Shown piece after piece: positions 46,273 through 55,870 of a stretch of DNA of 64,000 nucleotides; the first letter of the stretch is position 1; each line of letters begins with the position of its first letter. The translations under genes were made by a program, and so were the position numbers. Below the pieces are notes generated by a model, which was given only the letters and a program-made list of their open reading frames with translations, was not told where the DNA came from and made no database searches. This DNA is from a virus (Duplodnaviria; Caudoviricetes), in IMG/VR virus record IMGVR_UViG_3300033121_001593, positions 79,319 to 143,318 of that record. One strand, written 5' to 3'.

Positions 46273-46637
46273 CGGCTGGCCAACCGCTCCCCGGCCCGTA
46301 TCGGCCGGACGGGAATTACATCCACTTTGACACGCCAGACGCCGGCCTACCGACGCTGCTGGCCCGGCTTTACGACACGTCAGACCGCAGCCCGGAGGCG
46401 CTTGTCGCCACCACGCGTCTGATGGCCGCGTCCTGGGAGATGTACCAGGCCCTGCTAGCCGAGGACGACTTTAACATGCGCGTCGCCGCCGTTACGAGTA
46501 GCATGGACGCGGGCGACCCCGCTTCATCCTGGCAGCCCGCCCTGGATGAGCTGACCGCTTTGGCGAGGCGCGTCACCCGCCTACGCCGGGACGCCCTGGC
46601 CAAGGCACAAGGCCGCCCGGTCAATATTGCTACTTGA
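46269..46637 (+). CDS. Phage TPGP...AKA-family protein
   Basis: PLPGPY, ATTRLMAASWEMYQAL, DALAKAQG. Confidence 0.55.
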   Translation: MTAGQPLPGPYRPDGNYIHFDTPDAGLPTLLARLYDTSDRSPEALVATTRLMAASWEMYQALLAEDDFNMRVAAVTSSMDAGDPASSWQPALDELTALARRVTRLRRDALAKAQGRPVNIAT

Positions 46638-46661
46638 CAATCTGAATGAGTAATATATAAT
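46624..46661 (+). promoter_or_regulatory. Promoter of rtcB (subtype shared with the CCA-type gene)
   Basis: ATATTGCTAC-TTGACA-16-TATAAT. Confidence 0.75.
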
Positions 46662-46704
46662 AGGTGTATTGAGCAAGTTATCCGCAGCGAAAGGAACCGA
46701 CCCA

Positions 46705-48024
46705 ATGAATACCCATCTTCTGCTTAACCGATACCGAGGCCAGGCGAACTATGGCGAAATCGCCAAGGACGCGGCGAAGGCCGCCCAAGCCAATCCCGCC
46801 ATGACCGAGGCTGAGTTACTGGCCTACATCGAGTCGCGCTACGCGCCGGCCACCCTACTGCAGCCGATGAAGCAGGCCGCGCCGCTGGCGGTATTCGGCG
46901 CTGACCTGATCGACCCCGGCGCGTTTGCGCAGATGTACTCCGTCTTGCGCCTGCCCGTGGCGGTACGCGGGGCCTTGATGCCGGACGGGCACCAAGGGTA
47001 CGCGATGCCCATAGGCGGGGTGGCGATCCTACGGGACGCCGTCTCGCCCTCATTCGTTGGCTATGACATCGGCTGCATGATGATGGTCTCGACCTTCGAG
47101 ATCACGCCGCAAGACTTCGCCGGCAGCCGCCCGGCGCTGGCCGCGGCCCTGCGTAACGTTACGTCGTTCGGCCTGGGCGCGATGACGCCGGCTGCACAAG
47201 GCCGGTTCGATCACCCGGTCATGGACGATCCCCGCTGGTCGGAGACGGCCATCTTACGCTCGCTGAAGCCCCTGGCCCGTGAGCAGTTAGGCAGTTCGGG
47301 CGGTGGCAATCATTTCGCCGATCTGTGCGAGGTGACCTGGGCGACAGGGCGCGACGCGCAGATTGCCCTCATGACGCACTCCGGCAGCCGGGCCGCCGGT
47401 CATAAGCTGGCGACGCACTATGTCTCTGTTGCCCGGAGAGAGACGGCCGCCATCGCCCGTGGGATCGAGCCAGGCTACGAGTGGCTGCCCGACTCCAGCG
47501 AGGCCGGCCAGGAATATCTGGCCGCCATGCAGTTGATGGGCGACTACGCGCGGGCCAATCACGAATGTATCCACGCCGCCTATGCCGAGGCCATCGGAGT
47601 CCGACCGGACTGGACGGTCTGGAACCGGCACAACTTCGCCTGGGTCGAGGAAGAAGGGATCGTACACCGCAAGGGCGCAACGCCGGCCCGCGCTGGCGAT
47701 ATCGGGATCATCCCCGGCAGCAGCGGAACCCCGTCCTATATTGTCCGAGGCAAGGGCAACGTCGCGTCGATCAATTCGTCTTCTCACGGCGCAGGCCGGC
47801 CCTTCTCACGCAGTGAGGCCAAGCGCCGGCACAACGCCGGCCAAGTCGACGGCTGGATGACCGAGCACGACGTTCTGAGCTTCGGCCTGGCCCCCGACGA
47901 GACCTATGCCGCCTACAAGGATATCGCGGCCGTCATGGCGGCGCAGACCGATCTGGTCGATATCGTCGCCACGCTCATCCCGCGCGTCGTCGTCATGGGC
48001 GGGCCGGCCGACGACGGCGATTGA
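46705..48024 (+). CDS. rtcB: RtcB RNA 2',3'-cyclic/3'-phosphate-5'-OH ligase
   Basis: MPDGHQGYAMPIGG, VGYDIGC, LGSSGGGNHF, THSGSR, HNF, VHRKGAT, SSHGAGR, DETYAAYK. Confidence 0.95.
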   Translation: MNTHLLLNRYRGQANYGEIAKDAAKAAQANPAMTEAELLAYIESRYAPATLLQPMKQAAPLAVFGADLIDPGAFAQMYSVLRLPVAVRGALMPDGHQGYAMPIGGVAILRDAVSPSFVGYDIGCMMMVSTFEITPQDFAGSRPALAAALRNVTSFGLGAMTPAAQGRFDHPVMDDPRWSETAILRSLKPLAREQLGSSGGGNHFADLCEVTWATGRDAQIALMTHSGSRAAGHKLATHYVSVARRETAAIARGIEPGYEWLPDSSEAGQEYLAAMQLMGDYARANHECIHAAYAEAIGVRPDWTVWNRHNFAWVEEEGIVHRKGATPARAGDIGIIPGSSGTPSYIVRGKGNVASINSSSHGAGRPFSRSEAKRRHNAGQVDGWMTEHDVLSFGLAPDETYAAYKDIAAVMAAQTDLVDIVATLIPRVVVMGGPADDGD

Positions 48025-48133
48025 AGCCCCTGAACGGGCCGGCCTGGATAGATGGCCGGCCCGGCTAGGAAAAGCCCGTAGACCCCCCGTTTTTTGGCTT
48101 TGGGGGGCAACCAACGGATACGGAGAAACGATC

Positions 48134-48412
48134 ATGCCCGACCTACCTACTCTCGCCGCCGCCGTCACGGCTTTCGCTCTTGGCTTCCTGGTGCGGCACG
48201 CCATCCCGGAATATCGGATCGCTCACTGGCGACTATGGATCGGGCGGCGCACGCCCCACCGCTGCTCTCAGTGCGGATCATGGCACCAGATGCGGCACCT
48301 GAAAGGCGAGCGACTCACTACGGGTGCCTGGATACTACTCTGCGCGGCCTGCCGCGCCAAAGCCTTCACCCCGTTCGAGACCGCCGCACGCGGCAGGAAG
48401 GGCGACAAATGA
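48134..48412 (+). CDS. Membrane-anchored Zn-finger protein
   Basis: N-terminal TM helix, CSQC...CAAC. Confidence 0.5.
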   Translation: MPDLPTLAAAVTAFALGFLVRHAIPEYRIAHWRLWIGRRTPHRCSQCGSWHQMRHLKGERLTTGAWILLCAACRAKAFTPFETAARGRKGDK

Positions 48413-48756
48413 GCATCGACCATCGCGCCCTGGTCAATACCGCCTGGGAGGCCGCCACTCAGGCCGGCGATGGTCAGACCGAAGAACGGTTCTATGAGCT
48501 AGAGAAGGAGCACCGCTGTTACGTGGTCGACTGGCGACGCGTCGCTATCGAGGCCGGCCTGTGTGAGCCGGATTCCGGCCAACCCTGGACCGAGGCCGAG
48601 CAGCTAATCGCCGGCCTGAGCGACAAGGTCGCCTGGCTCGAACACGAGCGCGAGCACCGCCTGCCGCGCTACGCCGCCGCCCTTGAGGAGATCACCGCCC
48701 TGCGCGCCGAGATCGGGCGCGTCTATGATATCGTGAGGCCCATCGCCCAACCTTAA
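48409..48756 (+). CDS. Hypothetical protein
   Basis: Coupled ORF. Confidence 0.5.
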   Translation: MSIDHRALVNTAWEAATQAGDGQTEERFYELEKEHRCYVVDWRRVAIEAGLCEPDSGQPWTEAEQLIAGLSDKVAWLEHEREHRLPRYAAALEEITALRAEIGRVYDIVRPIAQP

Positions 48757-48819
48757 ATTTTTTGAATTTGGTCAAAAAGGCCCTTTTGCGCTTGACAATC
48801 TGAACGATCTGAATATAAT
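48748..48819 (+). promoter_or_regulatory. Early promoter (type A)
   Basis: AACCTTAAA box, TTGACA-16-TATAAT. Confidence 0.8.
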
Positions 48820-48867
48820 AGAATCATCGAAGCAATAGTCAAGCCAGCCAGCGAAAGGACCCCGATC

Positions 48868-49185
48868 ATGACCAGCACACAGACCGCCAGCGTAGAGAGC
48901 CGAATGGCCCCGACCACCCCCAACGCCCCCAGGGTCACGCAGATCAGCAAGACCGATACCGTCATCACCTACCGGGTCGAATTCCTGGGCGAAGTCCTGG
49001 GCGAGATCGAGCGCACCGTATGGGCCGAGCGCCGCCGCTTCCCCGGCCAGATGTACGGCTACGATATGGCCCGCAAGCCGCACTTTCGCATCAGCAAGGT
49101 CGGCACCGAGCGCAGCGGTTTCGTGAGCTATCACGACCAGCGCCAGAACTGCGTCAACTGGCTGTTCAACATGGTTAAGCATTAG
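48868..49185 (+). CDS. Hypothetical early protein
   Basis: First ORF behind a promoter. Confidence 0.6.
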   Translation: MTSTQTASVESRMAPTTPNAPRVTQISKTDTVITYRVEFLGEVLGEIERTVWAERRRFPGQMYGYDMARKPHFRISKVGTERSGFVSYHDQRQNCVNWLFNMVKH

Positions 49186-49237
49186 GGATAGACGGAGGCC
49201 CCGCGGGGCCTCCGATTTTGGTTAGAGGAGTAAGCCC

Positions 49238-49834
49238 ATGACTTCCCTGAACGTCACCCCCGGCCAGCCCGTCGTCAAGGTAAGCGACAGCGCGACCGAG
49301 CTACCCGCCGTCGTGAAGTCCGTCTGGGTCAACGGCGTTTTTACGCTGGAGGACGACGGCCGGAACACCTACGCCCCGGACGGTATGCAGCGCGGCGGTA
49401 GTTATCACAGCGCCATCGTGCGCCTGTACAAGCCGGGCGAAACCGCCGAGTCCATCTTTGCCAACGCCCGCGCCAGGGAGCAGGCCGCCGCCGACACGCG
49501 GGCCGCGCGCGAGGCCGCTATCGAGCAGAACGCCGCCGCCGCCCTGAGCCGCAACCCCTACTTCAAGAAGGACCTCGTTCGTATTCCGGCGACGATGGTC
49601 TACGCCGGCACAGCCCTCGACGCCGCACAGCAAAGGTTCGCCCTCACATTCTCCACCGAGGAGCGTATCGAGACCGGTTATGAGGCCATCGACAAGCCGC
49701 GCACCGTCTACGAGATACGCTTCGCCTACGCCCGCCTGCAGCGCGACGGCGAGATCACCGGCTGGTCGTCCACCGCCGTTAAAGGATACTCGCTCGACAG
49801 CGCCCTGGGCCGGATGCTCGCTAGCCTGGGCTAA
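49238..49834 (+). CDS. Hypothetical protein
   Basis: GAGGAG SD. Confidence 0.6.
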   Translation: MTSLNVTPGQPVVKVSDSATELPAVVKSVWVNGVFTLEDDGRNTYAPDGMQRGGSYHSAIVRLYKPGETAESIFANARAREQAAADTRAAREAAIEQNAAAALSRNPYFKKDLVRIPATMVYAGTALDAAQQRFALTFSTEERIETGYEAIDKPRTVYEIRFAYARLQRDGEITGWSSTAVKGYSLDSALGRMLASLG

Positions 49835-49843
49835 AGGAGGATC

Positions 49844-50260
49844 ATGCAGCAAGATCAAGTCACCGAGCTATTCGACGGGATTATCGCCGCCCTCGACGGC
49901 GATACCCGTGAGAAGGTCACCGTCACCCCGCGCGGCCGGCTGCTTATCGCCGGCCTCGACACGTTAGGGGCCAACGCCGCCAGAGCCGCCGCTGTGCGCG
50001 TCGCCGTCGAGCGCGGCTATATCCTGGCCTTCAAGTTCGAGCCATGGGAAGGCGTCCCCGCCTTCGACGTGACGATCACCGTCGCCATGACCCGCGAGGA
50101 GCTTCTGGCGCGTTTCGCCGCGCTATCGCCCGCCGGCAAGCAGATCGTACTGCGGGCCGCCGAGATCGCCCGACTGTCCGTCGAGGCCGGCGACCGGCGA
50201 CCGATCCTTGAGATCACCGCCGACGCCGTGCGTGAGATCATACGAGGAGTCGCGCAGTGA
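49844..50260 (+). CDS. Hypothetical protein
   Basis: AAAGGAGG SD. Confidence 0.6.
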   Translation: MQQDQVTELFDGIIAALDGDTREKVTVTPRGRLLIAGLDTLGANAARAAAVRVAVERGYILAFKFEPWEGVPAFDVTITVAMTREELLARFAALSPAGKQIVLRAAEIARLSVEAGDRRPILEITADAVREIIRGVAQ

Positions 50261-50574
50261 GCTACGCCTTCCGGCACCCCCTACGCTGGCTCTTTGTCAA
50301 TCTGCTAGCCCTCACCTTCCGGCGATACGAGTACTACTACCATACCCGGCGCTGGCAGAAAATACGCGCCTACTGCATAGACCGGGACGCCCACCGCTGC
50401 CGGCAGTGCAACCGGCCCATGGGCAACCGCCTCGACGTTCACCACAAGCGCCCGGTCTCGAAGGGCGGTTCCTGGCATACCAGGAACCTGACCAGCCTCT
50501 GCGCCGCCGATCACGCCGCGCGGCACCCTGGCAACCGGACGCTTGAGGAGCACGCGCGCAAATTCGCCCGTTGA
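50257..50574 (+). CDS. HNH endonuclease
   Basis: RWQKIR...RDAHRCRQC...DVHHKRP..GG...NLTSLCAADH. Confidence 0.85.
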   Translation: MSYAFRHPLRWLFVNLLALTFRRYEYYYHTRRWQKIRAYCIDRDAHRCRQCNRPMGNRLDVHHKRPVSKGGSWHTRNLTSLCAADHAARHPGNRTLEEHARKFAR

Positions 50575-50675
50575 CAAAACGAAAGGCTGCTGTAGAATGA
50601 TGATAACGCCCGGTCGCTTAGTAGCGCCCAACTCTAAGCGACCGAGCGCCTACTCCGAAAGGCAGGCGCTATCAT

Positions 50676-51467
50676 CTGAACACACCACACAGCGCGGCAG
50701 AAATTGCCGCCGAGCTAACCAAGCACACCCCGCCCTCCTGGCGGCTTTCCTGGACCGGCGACGGAGACGCAATCTCCGCCGTCGACCGCGACGGCCTGGT
50801 GATCCTGATGACCCTGGCCGAGATCGTGGGCCAGGCCGATCTTGGCTCGATTGTCCCGCGCCTGATCGACGCCGCCGCCGAGCGACGCGCCTGGTGCGAA
50901 AACTGGCAATCGCTCAAGGGCCGCCTGATGATATCCGCCCGGCCCCTTACCGGCGAGGAGCCGATTTACTGCGACCGCTGGATCGCCGGCAGCGTCTTGG
51001 CCGTCCTATCCGCCGGCCTCGACTCGCATAGCGCCCTGCTCCCGCTGGCCACGGCGCAGCGCCTGGGCGTCCCGCCCGAAACGCTCTGGCGGGCAGCCGA
51101 GGCCAATGTCACCCGCTGGTTCTACCGCCGTAACTGGAGCCTGCAAGGTAACGACGACCCCGCGCACGATGATAACGTCGTGCTGGCCATGACCGACGAC
51201 GAAAGCCGGTCGAGCGGCATCGTCGCCGTGCCGGCCTTGATCGAGGCCTTGGCGCGCGAGACCGGTATCGCCGCCCCCGCCTTCGCCGTGCCCATCGACG
51301 GCATCTTTATTTTCGGCCGGGATAACCCAACCGCGCGGCGGGCCATCGCCGCCCGTGCCGGCACGGTACTGCGAATGACCCCGCCCGAAATCGGAGTCCC
51401 CGCCGTGAGTAACGAAGTATTCAGGCTAGACAATGGCCGAGTCGTATCGGCCGCAATCATCCACTAA
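50676..51467 (+). CDS. Hypothetical protein (DUF1444-like C-terminus); start uncertain (CTG 50676 or GTG 50799)
   Basis: LWRAAEANV...FAVP...VSNEVF; frame is open upstream to 50676; TTGACA-16-TAGAAT at 50571-50598. Confidence 0.55.
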   Translation: MNTPHSAAEIAAELTKHTPPSWRLSWTGDGDAISAVDRDGLVILMTLAEIVGQADLGSIVPRLIDAAAERRAWCENWQSLKGRLMISARPLTGEEPIYCDRWIAGSVLAVLSAGLDSHSALLPLATAQRLGVPPETLWRAAEANVTRWFYRRNWSLQGNDDPAHDDNVVLAMTDDESRSSGIVAVPALIEALARETGIAAPAFAVPIDGIFIFGRDNPTARRAIAARAGTVLRMTPPEIGVPAVSNEVFRLDNGRVVSAAIIH

Positions 51468-51480
51468 GGAAGGACGTTTT

Positions 51481-52005
51481 ATGCTGTTACCTGATAACTG
51501 GCAAGAAGTCATTGTAGAGACCCGCCTGCGCGTCGAGCACCGCTGGTCAACCCCGCCGCTAGGCGCGACGAGCCGCTTCGTTGCCGAGGAGGCCGGCGAG
51601 GGTCTGTCGATCCTCAACCGCCTGGCCAACCCAGAGCTACTGAGATCGACCCCGCTGCAGGAGAAAGACCTACCGCAGCGCGAGCTGGGCCAAACGCTCT
51701 GCATGGCCGGAACGCTCGCCACCAAGCTCGGCCTGCGCCTGCACGCGATCCAGGTCACCAAATGCCAGACCGAAATGATGTCCGCGGCCTATATCAATCT
51801 CAGGGCCGCCGAAGTGGCGTACACCGTCACGGTCGCCGAATTCTACGGCGACCGCGTTAGCGCGATCATAATCGGGCGCATCCTGGAGGAGATCGTCGCC
51901 CATATCCTGATCCTGGCCGAGCAGATCGGAGTCGATCCGTACCAGGGCATGATCGACTTTCTAGCCGATATCGAGGCCAAGGTGAAGGATGAAGCGACGC
52001 AGTAG
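51481..52005 (+). CDS. Hypothetical helical protein
   Basis: AAGGA SD. Confidence 0.55.
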   Translation: MLLPDNWQEVIVETRLRVEHRWSTPPLGATSRFVAEEAGEGLSILNRLANPELLRSTPLQEKDLPQRELGQTLCMAGTLATKLGLRLHAIQVTKCQTEMMSAAYINLRAAEVAYTVTVAEFYGDRVSAIIIGRILEEIVAHILILAEQIGVDPYQGMIDFLADIEAKVKDEATQ

Positions 52006-52414
52006 CCCCGCCCGGCCCAAGCCGCCCCCCCGCGAGAAGGCCGCCGAAAACAAGTACTCCGCCCGCAAGACCACGGTCGACGGGATCGAATTTGATTCCG
52101 ACGCCGAGGCCCGCCGCTATCGTGAGCTTTGCCTCCTGGAGCGGGCCGGCGAAATCGCCGATCTTGAGATGCAGGTGCCCTATGAGCTACAGCCTCGCTT
52201 CAAGGCCGGCCGGCGGGTGATCCGCCCCATCACCTACATTGCCGACTTCCGGTATACGGATACCCGCACCGGCGAGCAAGTTGTGGAGGACGTTAAGGGC
52301 GTCGAGACCGAGGTCTTCAGGATCAAGGCCAAAATGATGCTCTACGTTCACGGGATCACCGTGCGCAAAGTGAAGATGCCCCGCCAAGCTAGGAAGGCCC
52401 GCCGCAAGGAGTGA
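51989..52414 (+). CDS. DUF1064 PD-(D/E)xK endonuclease-like protein
   Basis: NKYSARKTTVDGIEFDS.AEARRY, YIADFRY, VEDVKG. Confidence 0.85.
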   Translation: MKRRSSPARPKPPPREKAAENKYSARKTTVDGIEFDSDAEARRYRELCLLERAGEIADLEMQVPYELQPRFKAGRRVIRPITYIADFRYTDTRTGEQVVEDVKGVETEVFRIKAKMMLYVHGITVRKVKMPRQARKARRKE

Positions 52415-52418
52415 CCCT

Positions 52419-52949
52419 ATGCAATCAGGTATTGACCTAATCGCCGCCGAACGACGCCGGCAGATCGAGAAGGGCTGGACCGCCGAACATGACGACCAGC
52501 ACGACGACCGCGAGCTACTCTATGCGGCCGAAGCCTATATGTTCGGTGACCCCGACTCCTGGCCCTGGGAGGAGGACGGATTCAAGCCCAAGGATATCAT
52601 TCACGATCTAGCCCGTGCCGGCGCTTTTGTCGCCGCCGCCCTAGACCGCCAGCTACGCCTGCACCCTCCCCGGCCTGAGGACACCCCGTCGCCGGGCTGC
52701 TGCCCGAACTGCGGCAGCGCCTGGGCGCGCGGTATCGAGATGGGCGTCTCAAGCTATCTCTGGTTCCCGACCTGTGGCTGCTCGGTCGTCGCCGGCCCCG
52801 GCACGATCCGCTTCGACCCCGTGCCCTGTGACGACCCCGGCCTGCTACTGAGGACCGCCCTGGCCGAGGCTATCGCCGCCGGTAACAAGACCGCCGCCGA
52901 CCTACAGGCCGAGGTCGATCTGTTTCTGCGCCGCGGCCCGTACAGATGA
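52419..52949 (+). CDS. Conserved-type phage protein
   Basis: IAAERRRQIEKGWTAEHDDQH...WPW...LARAGAFVAAALDR. Confidence 0.65.
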   Translation: MQSGIDLIAAERRRQIEKGWTAEHDDQHDDRELLYAAEAYMFGDPDSWPWEEDGFKPKDIIHDLARAGAFVAAALDRQLRLHPPRPEDTPSPGCCPNCGSAWARGIEMGVSSYLWFPTCGCSVVAGPGTIRFDPVPCDDPGLLLRTALAEAIAAGNKTAADLQAEVDLFLRRGPYR

Positions 52950-52962
52950 GGACGCTTTAACC

Positions 52963-53340
52963 ATGAACTTTCACTACAGCACCGCGGGCGGCACACGAAC
53001 GGCCTGCGGGCTGACTATCGCCCCCTACCCGCAGGCCCCCGGCCTGGCCCTCTCCCGCGTCTATACGGCCTGGGAAAACGTGACCTGTCAGAAGTGCCTG
53101 CTGGAGCATCCCCCCGTCCTGTTTGATATACCCGGCATCGATCCCCGTTACAAGGTGCTGCGCGTCTTTGGCGTCCAAGGCACGGCCTTCCCGTTCTTTG
53201 TGATCGATACCGCCGCCGAGTCTTACGATCCAGCGTTCCCCTGGTTCGGGTCAATCAGCGGCAGCTTTTCGAGCCGCGGCGGGGCCGAGCGATGGGCCGC
53301 CGCCAACTGCGGGCCGGCCGCTGCCGGGAGCGCCTCATGA
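52963..53340 (+). CDS. Hypothetical protein
   Basis: TACG...VTCQKC. Confidence 0.5.
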   Translation: MNFHYSTAGGTRTACGLTIAPYPQAPGLALSRVYTAWENVTCQKCLLEHPPVLFDIPGIDPRYKVLRVFGVQGTAFPFFVIDTAAESYDPAFPWFGSISGSFSSRGGAERWAAANCGPAAAGSAS

Positions 53341-53531
53341 CCGACCACGGTCTGGTCGAGGTGTACTTCAGCCGAAACGTATATTTTAGAGAGCGCCTCG
53401 ACCGGCTAACCTTTGTTACCTGGGACGACGCGATGGTCGCCCAGTTGATCGAGGCCATCGCGCCGAACGACACCTGGAAGCAGGCCGCATATCGAATCGC
53501 GCTTGAGTACAGGCTAAGGCTTGGAAGGTAG
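53337..53531 (+). CDS. Hypothetical protein
   Basis: Coupled ORF. Confidence 0.45.
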   Translation: MTDHGLVEVYFSRNVYFRERLDRLTFVTWDDAMVAQLIEAIAPNDTWKQAAYRIALEYRLRLGR

Positions 53532-53543
53532 AAGGGACCCCTT

Positions 53544-53744
53544 ATGACCAATCCCGATCCTATCGCCGCCTGGGTGGCCCGTATCCGCCTGGCCGGCGAC
53601 GAAATGGACGCCTGGGCCGCCAGCCTCCACCCGTCCGCCTGGGACGAGGCCCTCGCCGATCGGCGCGCGGCGTTCGCCAAGCTCTGCGCCAACGGGCCGG
53701 CTAGCCCACAGGCCGCTTTCGTGTTCGAGGAGAAACCACAGTGA
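53544..53744 (+). CDS. Hypothetical protein
   Basis: SD present. Confidence 0.45.
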   Translation: MTNPDPIAAWVARIRLAGDEMDAWAASLHPSAWDEALADRRAAFAKLCANGPASPQAAFVFEEKPQ

Positions 53745-53932
53745 GAATTGACGCCGTGTATTGCACTTGCGGCTGCCAGATGGAATGGGCGGGGACCGCT
53801 GTTACCTGTCCAGAATGCGGTTTATCCGACGATCTCTCGACATTCACGGTTGAAGACGAGGAAGCCGCATTAGGCCCGCGCCGGCTAGCCCGGCCAACCC
53901 CAAAGGAGACACCGACCGATGAACCATCTTAG
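53741..53932 (+). CDS. Zn-ribbon protein
   Basis: CTCG...CPECG. Confidence 0.5.
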   Translation: MRIDAVYCTCGCQMEWAGTAVTCPECGLSDDLSTFTVEDEEAALGPRRLARPTPKETPTDEPS

Positions 53933-54065
53933 ACGCTTCCTTTGCCGGATCGGATGGCACAAGATCGACTATACCGGTTCGACCTTCGACGGCGCGTCTA
54001 TTCACGCCCGCTGCGCCTGGTGCGGTTACGCCGGCATGATCGACAGCCAGGGCAATCTATTCTAG
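53919..54065 (+). CDS. Small protein (not in the ORF track)
   Basis: MNHLRRFLCRIGWHK...CAWCG...DSQGNLF; AAAGGAG SD. Confidence 0.55.
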   Translation: MNHLRRFLCRIGWHKIDYTGSTFDGASIHARCAWCGYAGMIDSQGNLF

Positions 54066-54098
54066 CCGGACTACCCGGCCTACCCAAAGGAGGCACCG

Positions 54099-54548
54099 AT
54101 GAACTTCACCCTTACCCTTGAGACCAACGACGCCACAATACTGCGAGCGATATCGACCGCCGCCGCGATGATCGAATACGGCAGCGACGCGTCCAGCGAC
54201 TGGCCGAGATTCGCCCTTACCGACGCCCTTACGACCACGGCAATAATCGTGGACGCCCTTGAGGAGACGCTGGACGATCACGCCGCCGTCGGCTTCGATC
54301 TGCGCGAAGTCGTGCCCGACAACCTACGGGAGCGCCTGGCGCGCCGGCTAGGCGTGCTGGCCGCTATCCTCCTAGCCCCGCCCCCGACCGAGGCGGAAAA
54401 GGCCGAGCGCATGGCCAGCCTACTGTCCGAGGTAGACAAGTTTCTGGCGATGGGCTACAGCCCTGCCATCATTTATCCGCCGTTTGACGACTCCGCCGAA
54501 CCGGACGGTGACGACGACGATCTATTCGGCGACGCAATCCCCGCCTGA
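54099..54548 (+). CDS. Hypothetical acidic protein
   Basis: AAAGGAGG SD. Confidence 0.55.
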   Translation: MNFTLTLETNDATILRAISTAAAMIEYGSDASSDWPRFALTDALTTTAIIVDALEETLDDHAAVGFDLREVVPDNLRERLARRLGVLAAILLAPPPTEAEKAERMASLLSEVDKFLAMGYSPAIIYPPFDDSAEPDGDDDDLFGDAIPA

Positions 54549-54557
54549 GGACCGACA

Positions 54558-55094
54558 ATGACCGACCAAAAGCCCTCCCCCGAACCGGAGTACACCCCGC
54601 CGGACGACGCCGGCAACGCCCGGAGCTTCACGGTCGAAGTGGGCCGAATCGACCCCGACGCCGTCCCCTTGAGCGAAATACTCAAGCTCGGACCCAACGC
54701 CGGCCTGCTAGCCGATCTGGTCGACAGCCTCTGTGCCGGCCCGGACGACGAGGTCGATCTTGGCGTCACCGCGACAGACGAGGACCGGCTCCGCTTCTCG
54801 ATCATGGAAAGCCGGCAGGCGGGAATTCGTCAATCGAGAAGCGCCGGCCCGGACCCGGAAGGATCAAAGATGACACCACAGAACCTTCAAGCCGCCTTCC
54901 CCGCCGCGACAGGGCGAGACGAGGACACCGGCTGGATCATCGACCGCCGCTTCCTGTCAGACGTCACTGAACGCGTTTGGAGGGCCGGCAGCCGAGTATC
55001 CGTCACGTCAGTTGACGTTCAGACGATCCTGCTGGCCGCTATCGAGCTAGCCAGCGTGGACCCCGCAATGACCGGGCCGCCGCCCACCGCCTAG
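54558..55094 (+). CDS. Hypothetical protein
   Basis: GAGGA SD. Confidence 0.5.
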   Translation: MTDQKPSPEPEYTPPDDAGNARSFTVEVGRIDPDAVPLSEILKLGPNAGLLADLVDSLCAGPDDEVDLGVTATDEDRLRFSIMESRQAGIRQSRSAGPDPEGSKMTPQNLQAAFPAATGRDEDTGWIIDRRFLSDVTERVWRAGSRVSVTSVDVQTILLAAIELASVDPAMTGPPPTA

Positions 55095-55116
55095 CGCCCG
55101 CCTCATTCTCGACCGG

Positions 55117-55169
55117 AAAAGAGAAGCCCCGCGGTTTTACTCAAACGAGAAACCGCGGGGCTTCTCTCG
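55117..55169. terminator. Bidirectional hairpin with conserved loop
   Basis: GAGAAGCCCCGCGGTTT...AAACCGCGGGGCTTCTC; loop shared with 32112-32170. Confidence 0.6.
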
Positions 55170-55223
55170 TTCACCGAATTCCCGTCGACGGGAATTGAGC
55201 GCGCGAGAACGGCCCGGCCGCCG

Positions 55224-55804
55224 TCCTTGATTTTCAAGATGCCCCGCCGGCGATCTTGGGCAGCGAGATGGCCCACCCGGCGATCTTGCGTTTCAAGATG
55301 CCCCGCCGGCCGCCTTGAATGACAAGATGGCCGGCGCGGGATGCTTGCCGGCCAAGGTCGCCCGCCCGCCGCCTTGGGCGACAAGATGCCGCGACCGTCG
55401 CCGGTCGCTCACGAGACGCCGGCATGGGCGATCTTGTTTTTCAAGATGCCACCCCGGCCGATCTTGCGCGCAAGCGCCGCCGCCCGCCCGCCTTGCAACA
55501 CGAGATAGCCCGCCCCCGATCTGGCGCGACAAGATAGCCGCCGCGGCCGCCTCGCCTCACAAGATGACCGGGCCGGTCCCCTTGGTCACAAGATGACCGC
55601 CCGCCGCTATCTTGCTCACAAGGGGGCGTGGGCCGGCGGCCTTGCCCGCAAGACGCCCGTCGCCGCTGATCTTGTGAGCGAGACGCCCGGCCCCGTTATC
55701 TTGCGGAGCAAGATAGCCCGGCCGCCGTTCGCTTGGCGCAAGATCAGCCCGGCGGCTATCTCGGACGCCAAGATGCCCGCCCGCCCGGCCTTGCGATTCG
55801 AGAT
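55224..55804. repeat. Array of ~20 palindromic sites (consensus ATCTTG-N4/5-CAAGAT) at ~29.7-bp period
   Basis: Right half-sites at 55235, 55264, 55294, 55323, 55353, 55382, 55412, 55442, 55471, 55501, 55530, 55560, 55589, 55619, 55649, 55679, 55709, 55739, 55769, 55799. Confidence 0.85.
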
Positions 55805-55870
55805 AGCCGCCCGCCCAGCCTTCCCCGGCTTCTACCCGCCCGCGGCGACGCGCCCCCTGTTCAACTTGTC

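Noticed and set aside
55224-55804. CRISPR array
   Set aside because: Repeats are degenerate ~17-bp palindromes with ~12-14-nt linkers, far shorter than CRISPR spacers, and there are no cas genes.
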